Below are positions 1 to 9,831 of a DNA stretch of 64,000 nucleotides, in pieces. Under the pieces are notes generated by a model. The model ran no database searches. It was not told where the DNA came from and saw only the letters and a list, made by a program, of their open reading frames with translations. Positions within the stretch are counted from its first letter, which is position 1; the number at the start of each line of letters is the position of its first letter. Both the position numbers and the translations under genes were made by a program. Origin of the DNA: an uncultured Actinomycetes bacterium (lineage in GTDB: Bacteria; Actinomycetota; Thermoleophilia; Gaiellales; JAICJC01); NCBI GenBank assembly GCA_963718315.1, contig CAVQZC010000006.1, positions 262,065-326,064 on the forward strand, in the 5' to 3' direction.

Positions 1-1709
1 ACGAACAGCTCGATGCCGTCGATCTCGAAGGGCGCCTCGAGGGCCATCTTGATCTGGCCGCCGATCGCCTGCGCGATCTGGAGGGCGTCTGCCAGGTTGG
101 AATCGGTGCGGCCGTCGCTGGTCGGCTCGAGGTCGGCGATCAGGATCAGGAACTCGTCACCGCTCTGACGGGCGACCACGTCGGCGGCGCGGGTCACGCG
201 CCGTAGCCGGTCGGCGGCCTGCCGCAGCAGCTCGTCGCCGGCGGCCAGCCCGAAGCTGTCGTTGACCAGCTTGAAGCCGTTGATGTCGACCAGCAGGACG
301 GCGACCACCAGGCCCTGGCGGGCGGCGCGGGCCAGCGCCAGCTCGAGGTGCTCGGTGAACATCAGCCGGTTCGGCAGGCCGGTGACCCCGTCGTGATAGC
401 TCAGGTGCTGCACCTGTTCCTCGGCGTGGCGGCGGGCGGTGATGTCGCTCATCACGGCGACCCAGTGGGTGGTCATCCCGTCGGAGACCACCGGGGAGAG
501 CGACACCTCGTTCCAGAACGGGGTGCCGTCCTTGCGGTAGTTCACGAGCGTGGCCTCGTGCTCGCGGCCCTCGGCGATCGCCTGCTTGACCTCCTCCACC
601 GTTGCCTGATCGGTATCGGCCCCCTGGAGCACCGCCAGGTTCCGGCCCACGAACTCGTCCTCGGCATAGCCGGTGATGCGCTCGAACGCCGCGTTCGCGT
701 AGACCACCGGCAGGTGCTCGGCGAGTGCGTCCATGATCACGATCCCGCTGTGGGCAGCAGCCAGAGCGCGGTCGTGCAGCCGCAGCGTCCGCCGCGCCGC
801 CACCCGGCGGCTGATGTCGCGGAGGTAGATGGTGAAGGCGGCCGGGCCGTCCGTGCCGACCGGGGTCAGGGTCAGCTCGGCCGGAAACTGCGATCCATCG
901 TGGCGGATGGCCGTGACCTCGAGCCGCGAGCCCACCGCACGGTCGGCGACATCCTCGGTGCTGCAGGCCAGCCCCAGCATGTCGCCGTGCTCGTCGGGGA
1001 TCAGGGCGAGATCGAAGAAGGACGTGCCGATCGCCTGTTCGCGGGTGCGGCCGAATGCCTGCTCGGCGGCCGGGTTCCACTCGACTACCCGGCCCTCGCT
1101 GGTGATGGTGACGATGCAGTCGGAGGCGCCGTGGAGCACGGCCCGGGTCATCGCGTCGCTGCGGCGGGCGGCGCCGCGGGCCCGCTCGCGCTCGATGTAC
1201 TGGCCCAGCTGGGCGCCGACGGAGGCGAGCAGCGCCAGCCGGTGCTGGTCGGGCTCGCGGACGTCGGTGGAGAAGAACTCGATGGCGCCGACCACCTCGC
1301 CTGCCACGACGAGGGGGAACGCGAATGCGGTGTGCAGGCCGAGCTGGGCGGTGTTGCGGACGCGCTCGGAGCGTGCCATGCCGGCGACGTCCGGCACCCA
1401 GACCGCGCTGCGCTCGTGCCACGCGCGGCCCGGAATCCCGCTGCCCTCCGCGAACGTGGTGCCGCGCGCGAGGAGCTCGAACTGGGTGGCGTCGATGCCC
1501 TCGGCGCTCCACACCTCGAGGCAGCTCAGCCGCTGCGTCTCGCGGTCGACGACCCACATTGCCCCCAGCTGCCAGTCCAGGTAGGTGCCCAGCGACTGCA
1601 GCGCGCGAGGCGCGGCCTCTTCGAGGCTCGCGGACTCGGCCAGCGCATGCGTCGCCGCATCCTGTACGGCGAGGCGTGCAGCAGCTTGGTGCCCTTCCCT
1701 GGGTAGCAC
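1..1709 (-). CDS. GAF-PAS-PAS(LOV-like)-GGDEF diguanylate cyclase; 3' end runs off the left window edge
   Basis: Own translation of a minus frame that is absent from the ORF track because there is no stop inside the window. GAF motif GIPGRAWHERSAVWVPDV, PAS motif NYRKDGTPFWNEVSLSPV, cyclase motifs HLSYHDGVTGLPNR and RQSGDEFLILI. GTG at 1709 lies just downstream of the in-frame TAG at 1718-1716. Confidence 0.8.
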   Translation of the reverse strand, partial: MLPREGHQAAARLAVQDAATHALAESASLEEAAPRALQSLGTYLDWQLGAMWVVDRETQRLSCLEVWSAEGIDATQFELLARGTTFAEGSGIPGRAWHERSAVWVPDVAGMARSERVRNTAQLGLHTAFAFPLVVAGEVVGAIEFFSTDVREPDQHRLALLASVGAQLGQYIERERARGAARRSDAMTRAVLHGASDCIVTITSEGRVVEWNPAAEQAFGRTREQAIGTSFFDLALIPDEHGDMLGLACSTEDVADRAVGSRLEVTAIRHDGSQFPAELTLTPVGTDGPAAFTIYLRDISRRVAARRTLRLHDRALAAAHSGIVIMDALAEHLPVVYANAAFERITGYAEDEFVGRNLAVLQGADTDQATVEEVKQAIAEGREHEATLVNYRKDGTPFWNEVSLSPVVSDGMTTHWVAVMSDITARRHAEEQVQHLSYHDGVTGLPNRLMFTEHLELALARAARQGLVVAVLLVDINGFKLVNDSFGLAAGDELLRQAADRLRRVTRAADVVARQSGDEFLILIADLEPTSDGRTDSNLADALQIAQAIGGQIKMALEAPFEIDGIELF

Positions 1710-1773
1710 GACCCGCTAATCGGCTTTGTTACGAGGTAATTGAGCGTGAGCAGGGGGTCTCGCGTAGCATCGA

Positions 1774-2940
1774 GTGATGCGCCGGCTGACCCTGCTGATC
1801 GCCCTCCTGGTGATGTTCGACCTCGCGATGTTCTCGGCAATCGTGCCGCTGGTGCCGAAACTTGCCGCCACCCTCGGCCTCTCGAAGTTCGAGACCGGGG
1901 TGCTGGTCGGCGCCTACAGCGTGTCCGTTGTGCTGGCGGCGGTGCCCGTCGGCCACCTCGCAGACCGGGTTGGGCCAAAGCCGGTGACGCTGGTCGGCGC
2001 GCTGGTGATGGCGTCCGCCACCGTCCTGTTCGCCGTGGCGGGAACGTTCTGGGTCGTGCTCGTGGCGCGGGTGCTGCAGGGCCTCGGCTCGGCGATCGCC
2101 TGGAGCGCCGGCCTGGCCTGGCTGGCCGGCCGGACGCCGGTGGAGCACCGCGGCCGGGCACTGGGATTCGCCAACTCGTCGGCCACCATAGGCATGATCG
2201 CCGGCCCGCTGCTGGGCGGGGCGGCCGCGTCGCAGTTCGGCGTCCGCGACACGTTTCTCAGCGTCGCCGTTGTCTGCCTGGGCCTGACGGCGTGGGCGGC
2301 GATCGAGCCCGGCGCACCGGCGTCGGCGCACCGCGAGGGAGCCCTGCGGCCCGCCGTCAGGCTGGCACTCGCCAACCGGCTGATCGTCTACAGCATGCTG
2401 GTGATCGGACTGGTCTCGGTCGTCGGCGGCACGCTGCAGGTGCTGCTGCCGCTGCGGCTCAGCGACCTCGGGGTCTCGCAGTCGGCGATCGGCTGGCTGT
2501 ACGCGGCCGGCTCGATCCTGGGCGCCGTTGCCATCTACACCACGGGCCGGGTCGGCGACCGCGTCGGCAGGCTGCCGCTGGCACGCGTCGACATCGTCCT
2601 GCTGGCGGGGGCGTTGGCGGTGCTGCTGCTGGAGCTGGGCGCGGCCGAATGCGCCGTGATGCTGATCGTTATCAGCCCGCTGCTCTCCGTCCTCTATGGG
2701 GTCGGCTACCCGCTGGCCGCCGACGGTGCCGACCGGGCCGGGCTCGGACACGGACTGGTGCTCGGCCTGATCAACCTGCTGTGGGGGATCGGTGCGGTGG
2801 TCGGCCCGGTGCTCGGCGGCGCCCTGGCCGGGTTGGCCGGGGACGGGGTCACCTTCGCGGCGCTGGTGGCGGTCTGCCTGGCCTCGGCGGTGGCAATCGG
2901 CCGCGGCATGGCCGTGCCCGACCCGCAACGCGCAGCGTAG
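1774..2940 (+). CDS. MFS transporter
   Basis: 388-aa ORF with many hydrophobic segments and the MFS loop motif GHLADRVGPKP after TM2. Confidence 0.85.
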   Translation: MMRRLTLLIALLVMFDLAMFSAIVPLVPKLAATLGLSKFETGVLVGAYSVSVVLAAVPVGHLADRVGPKPVTLVGALVMASATVLFAVAGTFWVVLVARVLQGLGSAIAWSAGLAWLAGRTPVEHRGRALGFANSSATIGMIAGPLLGGAAASQFGVRDTFLSVAVVCLGLTAWAAIEPGAPASAHREGALRPAVRLALANRLIVYSMLVIGLVSVVGGTLQVLLPLRLSDLGVSQSAIGWLYAAGSILGAVAIYTTGRVGDRVGRLPLARVDIVLLAGALAVLLLELGAAECAVMLIVISPLLSVLYGVGYPLAADGADRAGLGHGLVLGLINLLWGIGAVVGPVLGGALAGLAGDGVTFAALVAVCLASAVAIGRGMAVPDPQRAA

Positions 2941-2952
2941 AGTCAGCCCGGC

Positions 2953-3957
2953 GTGCGCATCCTGCTGCTGAGCAACATGTACCCCAGCGAGTCCCGGCCC
3001 GACTACGGGGTGTTCGTCGCCCGCATGGCCGACGCGCTGCGCGGGGCGGGGCACGAGGTCGACGAGGCGGTCATCCGCGACGACCGGCGGGGGCGCCTGC
3101 GGACGCCGCTCAAGTACCTGCGGCTGCTGGGCACGGCGCGGGCGCTGGCCCGTCGCACCAGCCCCGACGTGGTCTACGCCCACTACCTGGTGCCGACCGG
3201 GATCGTCGCCGCCCTGACCGGGGTGCCGTTCGTGGTCACCGCCCACGGCGGCGACGTCGAGAACGCCCGCGGCAGCCTGCCGCTGCGGTGGGCGACGCGG
3301 TGGGTGATCCGGAGGGCGGCAGCCGTGATCTGCGTCTCGGAGTACCTGGCGCTGCGGCTGCCGGAGGCGCCCCAGCGGCTGGCGGTGATCGACTCCGGCG
3401 TCGACACGCACCGGTTCGCGGCGGCGCCCCGCCACGCCGACGGCGGCCCGCGGTTCCTGTTCGTCGGCTCGCTGACCGAGCGCAAGAACGTCGGGCGCCT
3501 GATCGACGCCTTCGTCCGCCTCGGCGAGGGGTCTCTGGTGGTCGCCGGCAGCGGGCCGCTGGAGGATGAGCTGCGGGCGCGGGCGGCGCCCGGCGTTCGC
3601 TTCGCCGGCAGGCTGAACCGGGACGAGGTCGCCTCGGCGCTGCGAGACGCCGACATCCTCTGCCTTCCGAGCATCGTCGAGCCGTTCGGCCAGGCAGCCC
3701 TGGAGGCGCTGGCCAGCGGGCGGCCGGTGGTGGCCACCAGAGTCGGCGGGCCGCCCGAGTACCTGACCGAGGCGTGCGGGGTGCTGGTGGATCCGCTCGA
3801 TGTTGACTCGATTGCCAACGGGCTGCGGCGCGCGATGACACTCCCCGTGCCGTGCCCGGCCGCGCTGACGGTTGCCCGCGAGCACGATGTCGACCGCCAG
3901 GCGGCGCGTGTCGCGGAGGTACTGCGCGCGGTATCCTCCAGTCACGATGACGGGTAG
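2953..3957 (+). CDS. Glycosyltransferase, GT4 / GT-B fold
   Basis: 334-aa ORF. N-terminus MRILLLSNMYP. C-terminal EPFGQAALEALASGRPVVATRVGG signature typical of GT1/GT4 enzymes. Confidence 0.85.
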   Translation: MRILLLSNMYPSESRPDYGVFVARMADALRGAGHEVDEAVIRDDRRGRLRTPLKYLRLLGTARALARRTSPDVVYAHYLVPTGIVAALTGVPFVVTAHGGDVENARGSLPLRWATRWVIRRAAAVICVSEYLALRLPEAPQRLAVIDSGVDTHRFAAAPRHADGGPRFLFVGSLTERKNVGRLIDAFVRLGEGSLVVAGSGPLEDELRARAAPGVRFAGRLNRDEVASALRDADILCLPSIVEPFGQAALEALASGRPVVATRVGGPPEYLTEACGVLVDPLDVDSIANGLRRAMTLPVPCPAALTVAREHDVDRQAARVAEVLRAVSSSHDDG

Positions 3958-3963
3958 GCTGGC

Positions 3964-4392
3964 TTGACCGCGCTCGTCTTGGGGACTGTGGTCGCGGTGA
4001 TCGTCGCGCTCGTGGTGTTCGATGGGCGGCGCAGGGCTGCGCGCATCCGGCTGCCCGCTGTTGTCAGCGCAGACGAGCTGGGACTGCCTGACCTGCCGCC
4101 CGGTGGCGTCCTGCTGCAGTTCTCGTCGCCGGCCTCGCTGCCCTGCCGGGTGGCGCTGAACCGGCTGGCGGCCGTCGCCGCCCCCTCACAGGGCAGGGTG
4201 CGCGTGATCGAGATGCAGGCCTACCGGCGCACCTACCTGGCCGAGCGCCTCGGCGTCCGCTCGACGCCGACCATCTACTTCGTCGGGTCCGACGGCGTCG
4301 TCCGCTGGTGCTGGTCGCGCGCGCCGGAGCGCTGGGAGCTGCTGGAGCTGCTGGGCTCGGTTCAGGCGCCGGCGCCGGCCGTGCTCAGGTAG
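3964..4392 (+). CDS. Membrane-anchored thioredoxin-fold protein (CxxC degenerated to SLPC)
   Basis: N-terminal TM helix, then FSSPASLPCRVALNRL and STPTIYFVGSDG, resembling the TlpA/thioredoxin pattern. TTG start. Confidence 0.5.
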   Translation: MTALVLGTVVAVIVALVVFDGRRRAARIRLPAVVSADELGLPDLPPGGVLLQFSSPASLPCRVALNRLAAVAAPSQGRVRVIEMQAYRRTYLAERLGVRSTPTIYFVGSDGVVRWCWSRAPERWELLELLGSVQAPAPAVLR

Positions 4393-5349
4393 AAGTCGTT
4401 CGCGTACAGGTCGGCGACCTGGGCCAGCTCCTCGGCGGTCAGCTCCGGCGTGTCCGGCGCGGCCGCGAACTCCTGGAGCTGCTCGGACGTGTAGATGTTG
4501 GGCAGCACCGACGTCACCGACGGGTCGGCCAGCAGCCACTGGATCGCGGCCTGGCCGAGCGTGCGGCCGTCGGTCAGGAACTCGAGCCGCTCGATCTTGC
4601 GCAGACCCTCCTCCAGCCACTCCTGGCTGCGGTGGCGGCGATGGTCGTTCTCGGCGAACACGGTGTCGCGCGTGTACTTGCCCTCGAGCATCCCGGAGGA
4701 GTGGGGGACGCGGACGAGGACGCCGACGTCGGCGGTGTGCGCCATCTCGAGCAGCTCCGCGGCCGGGGTCCTGCTCGAGCATGTTGTGGATGATCTGGAG
4801 GACGGCCATCCGCCGGTTGCGAAGCGCCCAGACGCCCTCGTCGCGCCAGCCGATCGCCGGGCCCAGGGCGGCGCCGTAGCCGCGGATCTTGCCGGCCGCC
4901 TTGGCCTCCTCCAGCACCTCGAACACGGTGTCGGACTGGAGGGCGTCGAGCCGCGGGTTGTGCAGCTGGTAGAGGTCGATGTGGTCGGTCTCCAGCCGCT
5001 GCAGGCTCTGCTCCAGCGCGAAGCGGATGAAGTCGGGCGTCCAGTCGTGCGGCCGCTCGACGTGCCCCTTGCGCTCCCACGGCGAGTAGATGTCGTACCC
5101 GAACTTGGTCGCGATCGTGATCTGGTCGCGCTTGTCGCCGAGCGCCTTGGCGAGCAGCCGCTCACCGCGTCCCTCGCCGTACGTGTCGGCGGTGTCGTAG
5201 ACCGTGATCCCGAGGTCGAACGCCTCGCGGATGAGCGCGACGGCCTGGTCGTCGGTGACGTCGCCCCACCAGCCGGTCGACACCGTCCACAGGCCGAACC
5301 CGACTTCGGAGCCCTTGATGCCGCTGGTGCCGAACTCGCGCGTCTTCAC
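4362..5349 (-). pseudogene. Aldo/keto reductase with one frameshift near 4761-4770
   Basis: The N-terminal 190 aa of ORF 4186-5349 (YDTADTYGEGRGERLLAKAL, DHIDLYQLHNP) continue in the frame of ORF 4362-5165 (AAELLEMAHTADVGVLVRVPHSSGMLEGKY ...). The switch lies in the run gaccccggccgcgg. Confidence 0.8.
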
Positions 5350-5353
5350 GGCT

Positions 5354-5584
5354 TCATTCTACGTCGGTGTTCTGCGTGGCGAGCCGGTCGAGGCCGGCCA
5401 GCCGGGCCTCGATGAAGGGGCGGAAGTGGTCGCCCACCCCAGCCTCCTCGGCCAGCCGCAGAGCCTGCGTGAACGTGCCCCGGGCCTTCGCGACATCGCC
5501 GCCGCCCTGCTTCAGGCGGTTGTCGCCGACGATGATCAGCTTGCGGATCCGGTCGGCCGCCTGCTCGGGATCGATGTCGGGCAC
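5354..5584 (-). CDS. Small conserved hypothetical protein, upstream of and co-oriented with the AKR
   Basis: C-terminal 76 aa of ORF 5354-5653 read like a real protein (DPEQAADRIRKLIIVGDNRLKQGGGDVAKARGTF...). Start is uncertain: GTG 5584 was chosen to avoid overlap with selD. Confidence 0.4.
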   Translation of the reverse strand: MPDIDPEQAADRIRKLIIVGDNRLKQGGGDVAKARGTFTQALRLAEEAGVGDHFRPFIEARLAGLDRLATQNTDVE

Positions 5585-5607
5585 CCGGCTGAACTGTAAT
5601 GACAGCG

Positions 5608-6631
5608 ATGACGATCGAGCAGGCGACCCGTCCGCCTGACCGAGCTGTCCCACGGCGCCGGCTGCGCCTGCAAGCTGCCGGCGGGGTCGCTGTCCGAGGT
5701 GCTGTCGCGGCTGCCGATGCCGGCGCGCCGCCGGAGCTGATCGTCGGCAACGAGACGCTGGACGACGCCGCTGTCTGGCGCGTGTCCGACCACCTCTGCG
5801 TGATCAGCACCATCGACTTCTTCACGCCGCTGGTCGACGACCCCTACCAGTTCGGGCGGATCGCGGCGACCAATGCGCTCTCCGACATCTACGCGATGGG
5901 CGGCCGGCCCGCCTTCTGCCTGAACGTGGTCGCCTTCCCCAAGACGCTGCCGATGGAGCTGCTGGGCGAGATCCTGCGGGGCGGGGCCGACGTGGCCGCC
6001 GCCGCGGGCGCGGCGATCGCCGGCGGCCACTCGATCGACGATCCCGAGCCCAAGTACGGGATGGCGGTGGTCGGCTTCGCCCACCCCGACCAGATCTGGA
6101 CGAACGCCGGCGCCCGGCCGGCGACGTGATCGCGTTCAGCAAGCGGATCGGCACCGGCATCGTCGCCACCGCCGTCAAGCGCGGCGACCCGCCGGCGGAC
6201 GTGGTGGCCGCGGCGGTCGACCAGATGACCACGCTCAACGACCGGGCCGCGGCGGAGCTGCGCGAGCACGAGCCGCACGCGGTCACCGACGTCACCGGCT
6301 TCGGGCTGGTCGGGCACACCCGCGAGCTGGCCGCGGCCTCCGGCACTGCAGGCCCGGCTGCGGTTCGATGCGGTGCCGCTGCTGCCGGGCGTGCGGGAGC
6401 TGATCGACGACGGGGTACGTGCCTGGGGGCACGCGCACGAACCTCGAGCTGGCCGGCGCCTACGCCACGTTCGACCCGGGACTGGGCGAGACCGAGCGGC
6501 TGCTGGCCTGCGATGCGCAGACCGCCGGCGGCCTGCTGGCGGCGCTCCCCGCCGACCGCGCAGAGCGGCTCGGGTGGCCGATTCTGGGTGATCTGGTTGA
6601 CGGGGAGCCCGGCACCGTGCTGGTACACTGA
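5608..6631 (+). pseudogene. selD: Selenide, water dikinase (SelD, Cys type) with about five frame disruptions
   Basis: SelD segments lie in alternating frames: MTIEQATR / RLTELSHGAGCACKLPAGSLSEVLSRLP / PPELIVGNETLDDAAVW...GGHSIDDPEPKYGMAVVG / DVIAFSKRIGTGIV...VTDVTGFGLVGHTRELAAASG / LRFDAVPLLPGVRELIDDGV / VPGGTRTNLELAG...GTVLVH. Confidence 0.85.
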
Positions 6632-6637
6632 GCCGCG

Positions 6638-6862
6638 ATGGCGGTCTTCATCTTCTCGTTCCTGCAGCTACTGCTCGGCCTCGGCGTGATCGTCCTCGTG
6701 CTCATGCACTCGGGCAAGGACGCCGGCCTCTCGGGCATGTTCAACCCCGGCCAGAGCTCCTACGGCGGCACTGCGGTGATGGAGCGGAACCTGACCTACC
6801 TGACGGTGATCGTGGCGCTCCTCTTCGCCGTCAACGGGATCATCCTGGGGTTCCTGCTGTAG
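6638..6862 (+). CDS. secG: Preprotein translocase subunit SecG
   Basis: 74-aa two-TM protein with LMHSGKDAGLSGMF motif. The secG-tRNA-Leu arrangement is typical of Actinomycetota. Confidence 0.85.
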   Translation: MAVFIFSFLQLLLGLGVIVLVLMHSGKDAGLSGMFNPGQSSYGGTAVMERNLTYLTVIVALLFAVNGIILGFLL

Positions 6863-6877
6863 ACTCGTCGGTTGCGC

Positions 6878-7098
<221 letters not shown>

Positions 7099-7719
7099 TC
7101 GGTAGCCGACCGGGTCGGTCGCGAGCTCGGAGTCGACCGCGTCTACGCCGAGCAGTCCCCCGAGGATAAGCTCGAAGTCGTCCGCCGGCTGCGCGACGAC
7201 CCGGAGCTGCGCCCAGTGATCATGGTCGGTGATGGAGTGAACGATGCGCCCGCGCTGGCACTGGCGGACCTCGGTATCGCGATGGGCATGGCCGGTGCGA
7301 CCGTGTCCTCGGAGACCGCCGACGCCGTCATCACCGTCGACCGGATCGATCGAGTAGCAGACGCAGTGCACACCGGCCGTCGGTCACTCCACATCGCGCG
7401 CCAGAGCGTGCTCGCGGGGATGGGACTCAGCCTCGCCGCCATGGCCGTCGCCGCCGCCGGATACCTCACACCGGTCGCGGGCGCCCTCTTCCAAGAAGCA
7501 ATCGATCTCGCCGTCATCCTCAACGCCCTACGCGCACTACGCGACTGACCTGCGAAACCCGGATCGGCCACAGAGCTACCAGACCACCGGCAACGGCTAA
7601 CCGAGCAGAGCACAGTCTCCGCACGCTGCAACTCAGGAATGAGAATACGCGTAGACCCCGATGTGCCCGCCGAGCCACCTCGGGGATGATCCTTCCCGAA
7701 CCGACGTCTGGAGATTGAA

Positions 7720-7998
7720 ATGTCCGAGCCGCAGCTGATCAGTGACGACCAAGCACGCGATGTGGGGGAGGCGATCGGGATCGAGTGGGATTCGGCCCCG
7801 TTCGACGTCCACGAGTTCCGCCGAGGGATGAATGTCGAACTCGAGCACGGCCTGCGCGATCCAGCCACCAACGTGACGGATGACGACCCGGAAACCACGG
7901 CGAAGATCGCGCTCGCCCACCTCAACGAGTTCCCCGACTACTACACCCGTCTCGAGCAGATGGAGGAGGAAGCCAAGCGTGAGTTCTCAGGGCGGTGA
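7720..7998 (+). CDS. DUF5661-like small protein
   Basis: 92 aa with motifs ELEHGLRDPATNVTDDD and IALAHLNEFPDYY. Family name from memory. Confidence 0.55.
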   Translation: MSEPQLISDDQARDVGEAIGIEWDSAPFDVHEFRRGMNVELEHGLRDPATNVTDDDPETTAKIALAHLNEFPDYYTRLEQMEEEAKREFSGR

Positions 7999-8030
7999 TG
8001 GGTGCGCTTCCCCCGTAGGGTCGGGCCGGC

Positions 8031-8222
8031 TCAGATCGGCTTGATCGAGAGCGCGCCCAGCGGGCAGACGTCGCACAGAGCCTGCGCGCGTTCCTGGTCG
8101 ATCTCGGCTAGCAGTACATGGGCCGAGCCCTGGCTGTCGAGCTCGATTGCGTCGGGGTCGAGTGCGACGCACTCGGCCGATCCAATGCACGAGTCGAGGT
8201 CAACGATCAGATGGACGGGCAT
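8031..8222 (-). CDS. Small [3Fe-4S]/[4Fe-4S] ferredoxin (P450-type Fdx)
   Basis: Last 63 aa of ORF 8031-8573: MPVHLIVDLDSCIGSAECVALDP...ALCDVCPLGALSI (C-x5-C ... C-x2-CP). ATG 8222 is preceded by GGGAGGA. Confidence 0.8.
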   Translation of the reverse strand: MPVHLIVDLDSCIGSAECVALDPDAIELDSQGSAHVLLAEIDQERAQALCDVCPLGALSIKPI

Positions 8223-8248
8223 GGTGAGGTTCCTCCCTTGGCGTTGTT

Positions 8249-9376
8249 TCAGGCAGCAGATTCGACGAGTTGGCGGGCTTCGAGGAGACGGGTGGGGGCG
8301 CCCATCAGCAGCACACATGTGACCGACCCACCTGCGTCTCGGCCGACGATGAGCGAGTCGTCCTCGCTCCAATCGCAGACCTGGTCGGGCAGGCCTACCT
8401 GCTGAATCCGTAGCGGCCCGATATCGCTGAAGAAGTACGGGTCCCTGACGTAGGGCGCGTTCGAGCCCATGATGGAGGCGGCGACGTGGCGGCCGCTCCA
8501 GATCGCGTGGTCCCAGTGTGGGATTGCGATTCGCCCCCACCGGGGATGGGGGAACGAGACGCAGTCGCCGCACGCCCAGAGCGAGTCATGACCGATCACG
8601 CGGAGCGTCTGGTCGGCGGGAATGGTGAGTGCGCGCGAGTCCCCGCCTGTCAGTTCGGGCGGCAGGCTCGACGCGAACCCCGCTGCCGAGACCAGGACGT
8701 CGCAGCGAAGCTCGCCGTCTGTTGTCGACACGAGCCAGCCGTCGGGGCCGTGCTCGGTCGCCTCGATCAGACATCCGCCGATGAACCTGACACCGAGCTC
8801 GCTAAGGGTTGCTTCGGCGGCTTCGGAGATGCGGGGCAGGAACCGCGCGAGGGGGTGGTCGAGCATGTCGACCAGGGTCACGTGGTGGTCGGATGCGAGC
8901 GTGGCCGCCGTCTCCGTGCCGATCAGCCCGGCGCCGACCACGAGCACTCTCTGGCCGGGCCGCTGGAGAAGGTGGCACAGTGACAAGAGTCCTTCGCCCG
9001 TCGCATTCTGTTCGGCTTGGCCGAAGCCGGGAATCGGCGGCTTCGGGTAGCGCAGGCCGGTCGCCCAGACCATCGAAGGCGCTTCGACCACGACATCGGC
9101 GCTCCCGTCGGAGGGCGACACGGTCAACCGCCTGTGCTCGAGATCGAGGTCGCGCACGATGCCGTCGAGATGGGTGATGCCGATCTGGTTGAGGCGCTGG
9201 GCGTCCGCAAACAGCGGCAGCCGCCCTGTGCGAAGTGCCCGCTTGGAGAGCGGCGGGCGGTCGTGGGGCAGCCCTGGCCCGATCATCGTCACCGGGACGC
9301 CGCGCTCCGCGAGGCGGTGTGCGCAAGCGTGGCCGGCTACCCCGTTTCCGACGACTGTCACGGCGTCTGTGATCAC
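8249..9376 (-). CDS. FAD-dependent NAD(P)H:ferredoxin reductase
   Basis: C-terminal 375 aa of ORF 8249-9976. Dinucleotide folds VTVVGNGVAGHACAHRL and VLVVGAGLIGTETAATL, plus LWACGDCV. The GTG start 9376 overlaps the upstream stop (GTGA). Confidence 0.8.
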   Translation of the reverse strand: MITDAVTVVGNGVAGHACAHRLAERGVPVTMIGPGLPHDRPPLSKRALRTGRLPLFADAQRLNQIGITHLDGIVRDLDLEHRRLTVSPSDGSADVVVEAPSMVWATGLRYPKPPIPGFGQAEQNATGEGLLSLCHLLQRPGQRVLVVGAGLIGTETAATLASDHHVTLVDMLDHPLARFLPRISEAAEATLSELGVRFIGGCLIEATEHGPDGWLVSTTDGELRCDVLVSAAGFASSLPPELTGGDSRALTIPADQTLRVIGHDSLWACGDCVSFPHPRWGRIAIPHWDHAIWSGRHVAASIMGSNAPYVRDPYFFSDIGPLRIQQVGLPDQVCDWSEDDSLIVGRDAGGSVTCVLLMGAPTRLLEARQLVESAA

Positions 9377-9831
9377 GGGCACTTCCCCTGCTTGTAGGCG
9401 GCCCGGTCGGCGGGTGAGAGGATCCAGTGCCAGGTGCTGCCTGCCTTGACCGCGTGCACGGTCGCTGTGGTCACGCCGTTGTCCGAGGTCACCTGCACCG
9501 TCACTGCCTCGGCCTTCTCTGGCGCTCCGGCAACGTCGACGGACTCTGGGTAGGTCTCGAGCACCTTCATGCCGGTCAGGCGGAAGCCCTCGTTCCCCTG
9601 ACACGCCAGGTAGCGTGATCGGCTGACGATCGCCTGGTCGGCAGGGTAGAGCTCGCTCCAGAGCCGCTCCGACTGGCCACGTGAGAACTGGGTCGTGACG
9701 CGCTGTATGAATGCGGATGCCGACTCCTTGCCGCCGGTGGTGCCGCTCGAGCCCGTACCGCCGCACGCCGTGACGAGCGTGACGATCAGCAGCACCGAAG
9801 CCGCGCCACGTGAGAGGTGTCCGTGTGTCAT
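9373..9831 (-). CDS. Lipoprotein of unknown function
   Basis: Signal peptide and lipobox LVTACGG. ATG 9831 overlaps the ApbE stop (ATGA) and its own stop overlaps the reductase start. Confidence 0.6.
   Translation of the reverse strand: MTHGHLSRGAASVLLIVTLVTACGGTGSSGTTGGKESASAFIQRVTTQFSRGQSERLWSELYPADQAIVSRSRYLACQGNEGFRLTGMKVLETYPESVDVAGAPEKAEAVTVQVTSDNGVTTATVHAVKAGSTWHWILSPADRAAYKQGKCP

Noticed and set aside
157-3945. Very long Arg/Pro/Gly-rich ORFs from the track (157-1557 minus, 348-1706 plus, 1729-3945 minus, 1740-3569 plus). Similar ORFs occur throughout, for example 32950-34167, 53399-55057 and 62780-63676.
   Set aside because: Their composition is typical of open shadow frames in high-GC DNA. 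In each case another frame or strand over the same DNA encodes a protein with clear family motifs.
4761-6420. Programmed ribosomal frameshifting or selenocysteine recoding as an explanation for the broken AKR and selD frames.
   Set aside because: I saw no slippery heptamer with a downstream structure. The selD active site encodes Cys (TGC), not TGA, and the gene needs five separate shifts in both directions. Indels are the simpler explanation.
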